From IMG/VR virus record IMGVR_UViG_2974666281_000001, positions 32,001-96,000 of that record: a stretch of 64,000 nucleotides of DNA; one strand, 5' to 3'. The position numbers were made by a program, and so were the translations under genes. The notes beneath the pieces were generated by a model. It was not told where the DNA came from. It searched no databases and saw only the letters and a list, made by a program, of their open reading frames with translations. Positions 63,248 through 64,000 of this stretch are shown here, piece by piece (position 1 is the first letter of the stretch; the number at the start of each line of letters is the position of its first letter). This DNA is from a virus. Lineage: Duplodnaviria; Caudoviricetes.

Positions 63248-64000
63248 ATGGCCGGATATAACGCATATAACCCTAAGGAGCTCAAGGACGTAATCTTACG
63301 ACGCCTAGGGGCTCCTATAGTAAATGTTGAAGTAACTACAGAACAAATATACGATTGCATCCAGCGCGCCCTGGAGCTATTTGGTGAGTATCATTTTGAT
63401 GGTCTTAACAAAGGATATCAAGTATTCACAATTGGTAAAGATGATGAAGAACTTTATCGTACCGGCGTGTTCAATCTTTCAGGTAAAAATATTTTTGCAA
63501 TAACTCAAATCGTTAGAACTAATGTTGGCTCGATTACATCTATGGATGGTAATGCCACTTACCCATGGTTCACTGACTTTATGTTAGGAATGGCTGGTAT
63601 TAATGGTGGGATGGGTTCAAGTTGTAATAAATTTTATGGACCTAATGCATTTGGTGCAGATCTTGGTTATTTCACTCAATTAATGCAATACCGCACTATG
63701 ATGCAAGATATGCTTTCTCCTTTACCTGATTATTGGTATAACGATGCAACAGGTCAATTGAAAGTAATGGGCAACTTCACTAAAGGCGACATTATTATTT
63801 GTGAAGTATTTGTCAAATCTTATGTAGACGTAGAAAAGGCTGTTGGCAATACGGCTGGATATGGCTTTGCTAGTTCGTGTTCTACTAATCCATATTCTCC
63901 TGGCGAAATTTATGATAACCCAGACAGAGCTTTAAGTGGTATGAGAGCTGGTCAAGATGACCCTATTAAACAAGGTTCATATAATAACCGTTGGGTTAAA
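63248..64000 (+). CDS. 13: neck protein gp13 (runs off the window)
   Basis: [52 protein letters not shown]. Confidence 0.97.
   Translation, partial: MAGYNAYNPKELKDVILRRLGAPIVNVEVTTEQIYDCIQRALELFGEYHFDGLNKGYQVFTIGKDDEELYRTGVFNLSGKNIFAITQIVRTNVGSITSMDGNATYPWFTDFMLGMAGINGGMGSSCNKFYGPNAFGADLGYFTQLMQYRTMMQDMLSPLPDYWYNDATGQLKVMGNFTKGDIIICEVFVKSYVDVEKAVGNTAGYGFASSCSTNPYSPGEIYDNPDRALSGMRAGQDDPIKQGSYNNRWVK

Noticed and set aside
47758-63360. Minus-strand and alternate-frame ORFs inside structural genes (e.g. 60416-60916, 55439-55750)
   Set aside because: Shadows of conserved late genes; none recognisable, including as repEA/repEB

Overview
A 64-kb segment of a lytic T4-like myovirus (Straboviridae/Tevenvirinae type, clearly diverged from T4 itself), collinear with the T4 map from gene 45 to gene 13. 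Minus strand (1-47246): sliding clamp, rpbA, genes 46/47, late sigma gp55, anaerobic ribonucleotide reductase nrdD/G/H, endonuclease VII, a long accessory region (nrdC to e.6) with rI, tk, vs, regB, Acb2, denV and lysozyme, a cluster of 17 tRNA genes, ip, 57B (Acb1), 57A and genes 1-4. Plus strand (47294-64000): baseplate, short tail fibre, fibritin and neck genes (53, 5, 5.1, 5.4, 6-12, wac, 13). No alpha-glucosyltransferase, introns or homing endonucleases were seen. Most notable unexplained signals: (1) structured non-tRNA RNAs interleaved in the tRNA array, including a tRNA body whose anticodon arm is replaced by a 72-nt domain; (2) a pseudoknotted ~210-nt leader before the vs.8 ATPase; (3) a PspA/ESCRT-III-like gene followed by four proteins sharing a C-terminal F-I/V-x-x-C/I-R tail; (4) a nucleotidyltransferase next to two small proteins ending in W-x-x-S-S-(x-x)-C; (5) an almost passenger-less YadA-type autotransporter anchor. 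All gene assignments come from motifs, synteny and recalled similarity to T4 proteins; no database search was run. Several starts were trimmed from the ORF track to the codon with a good RBS.
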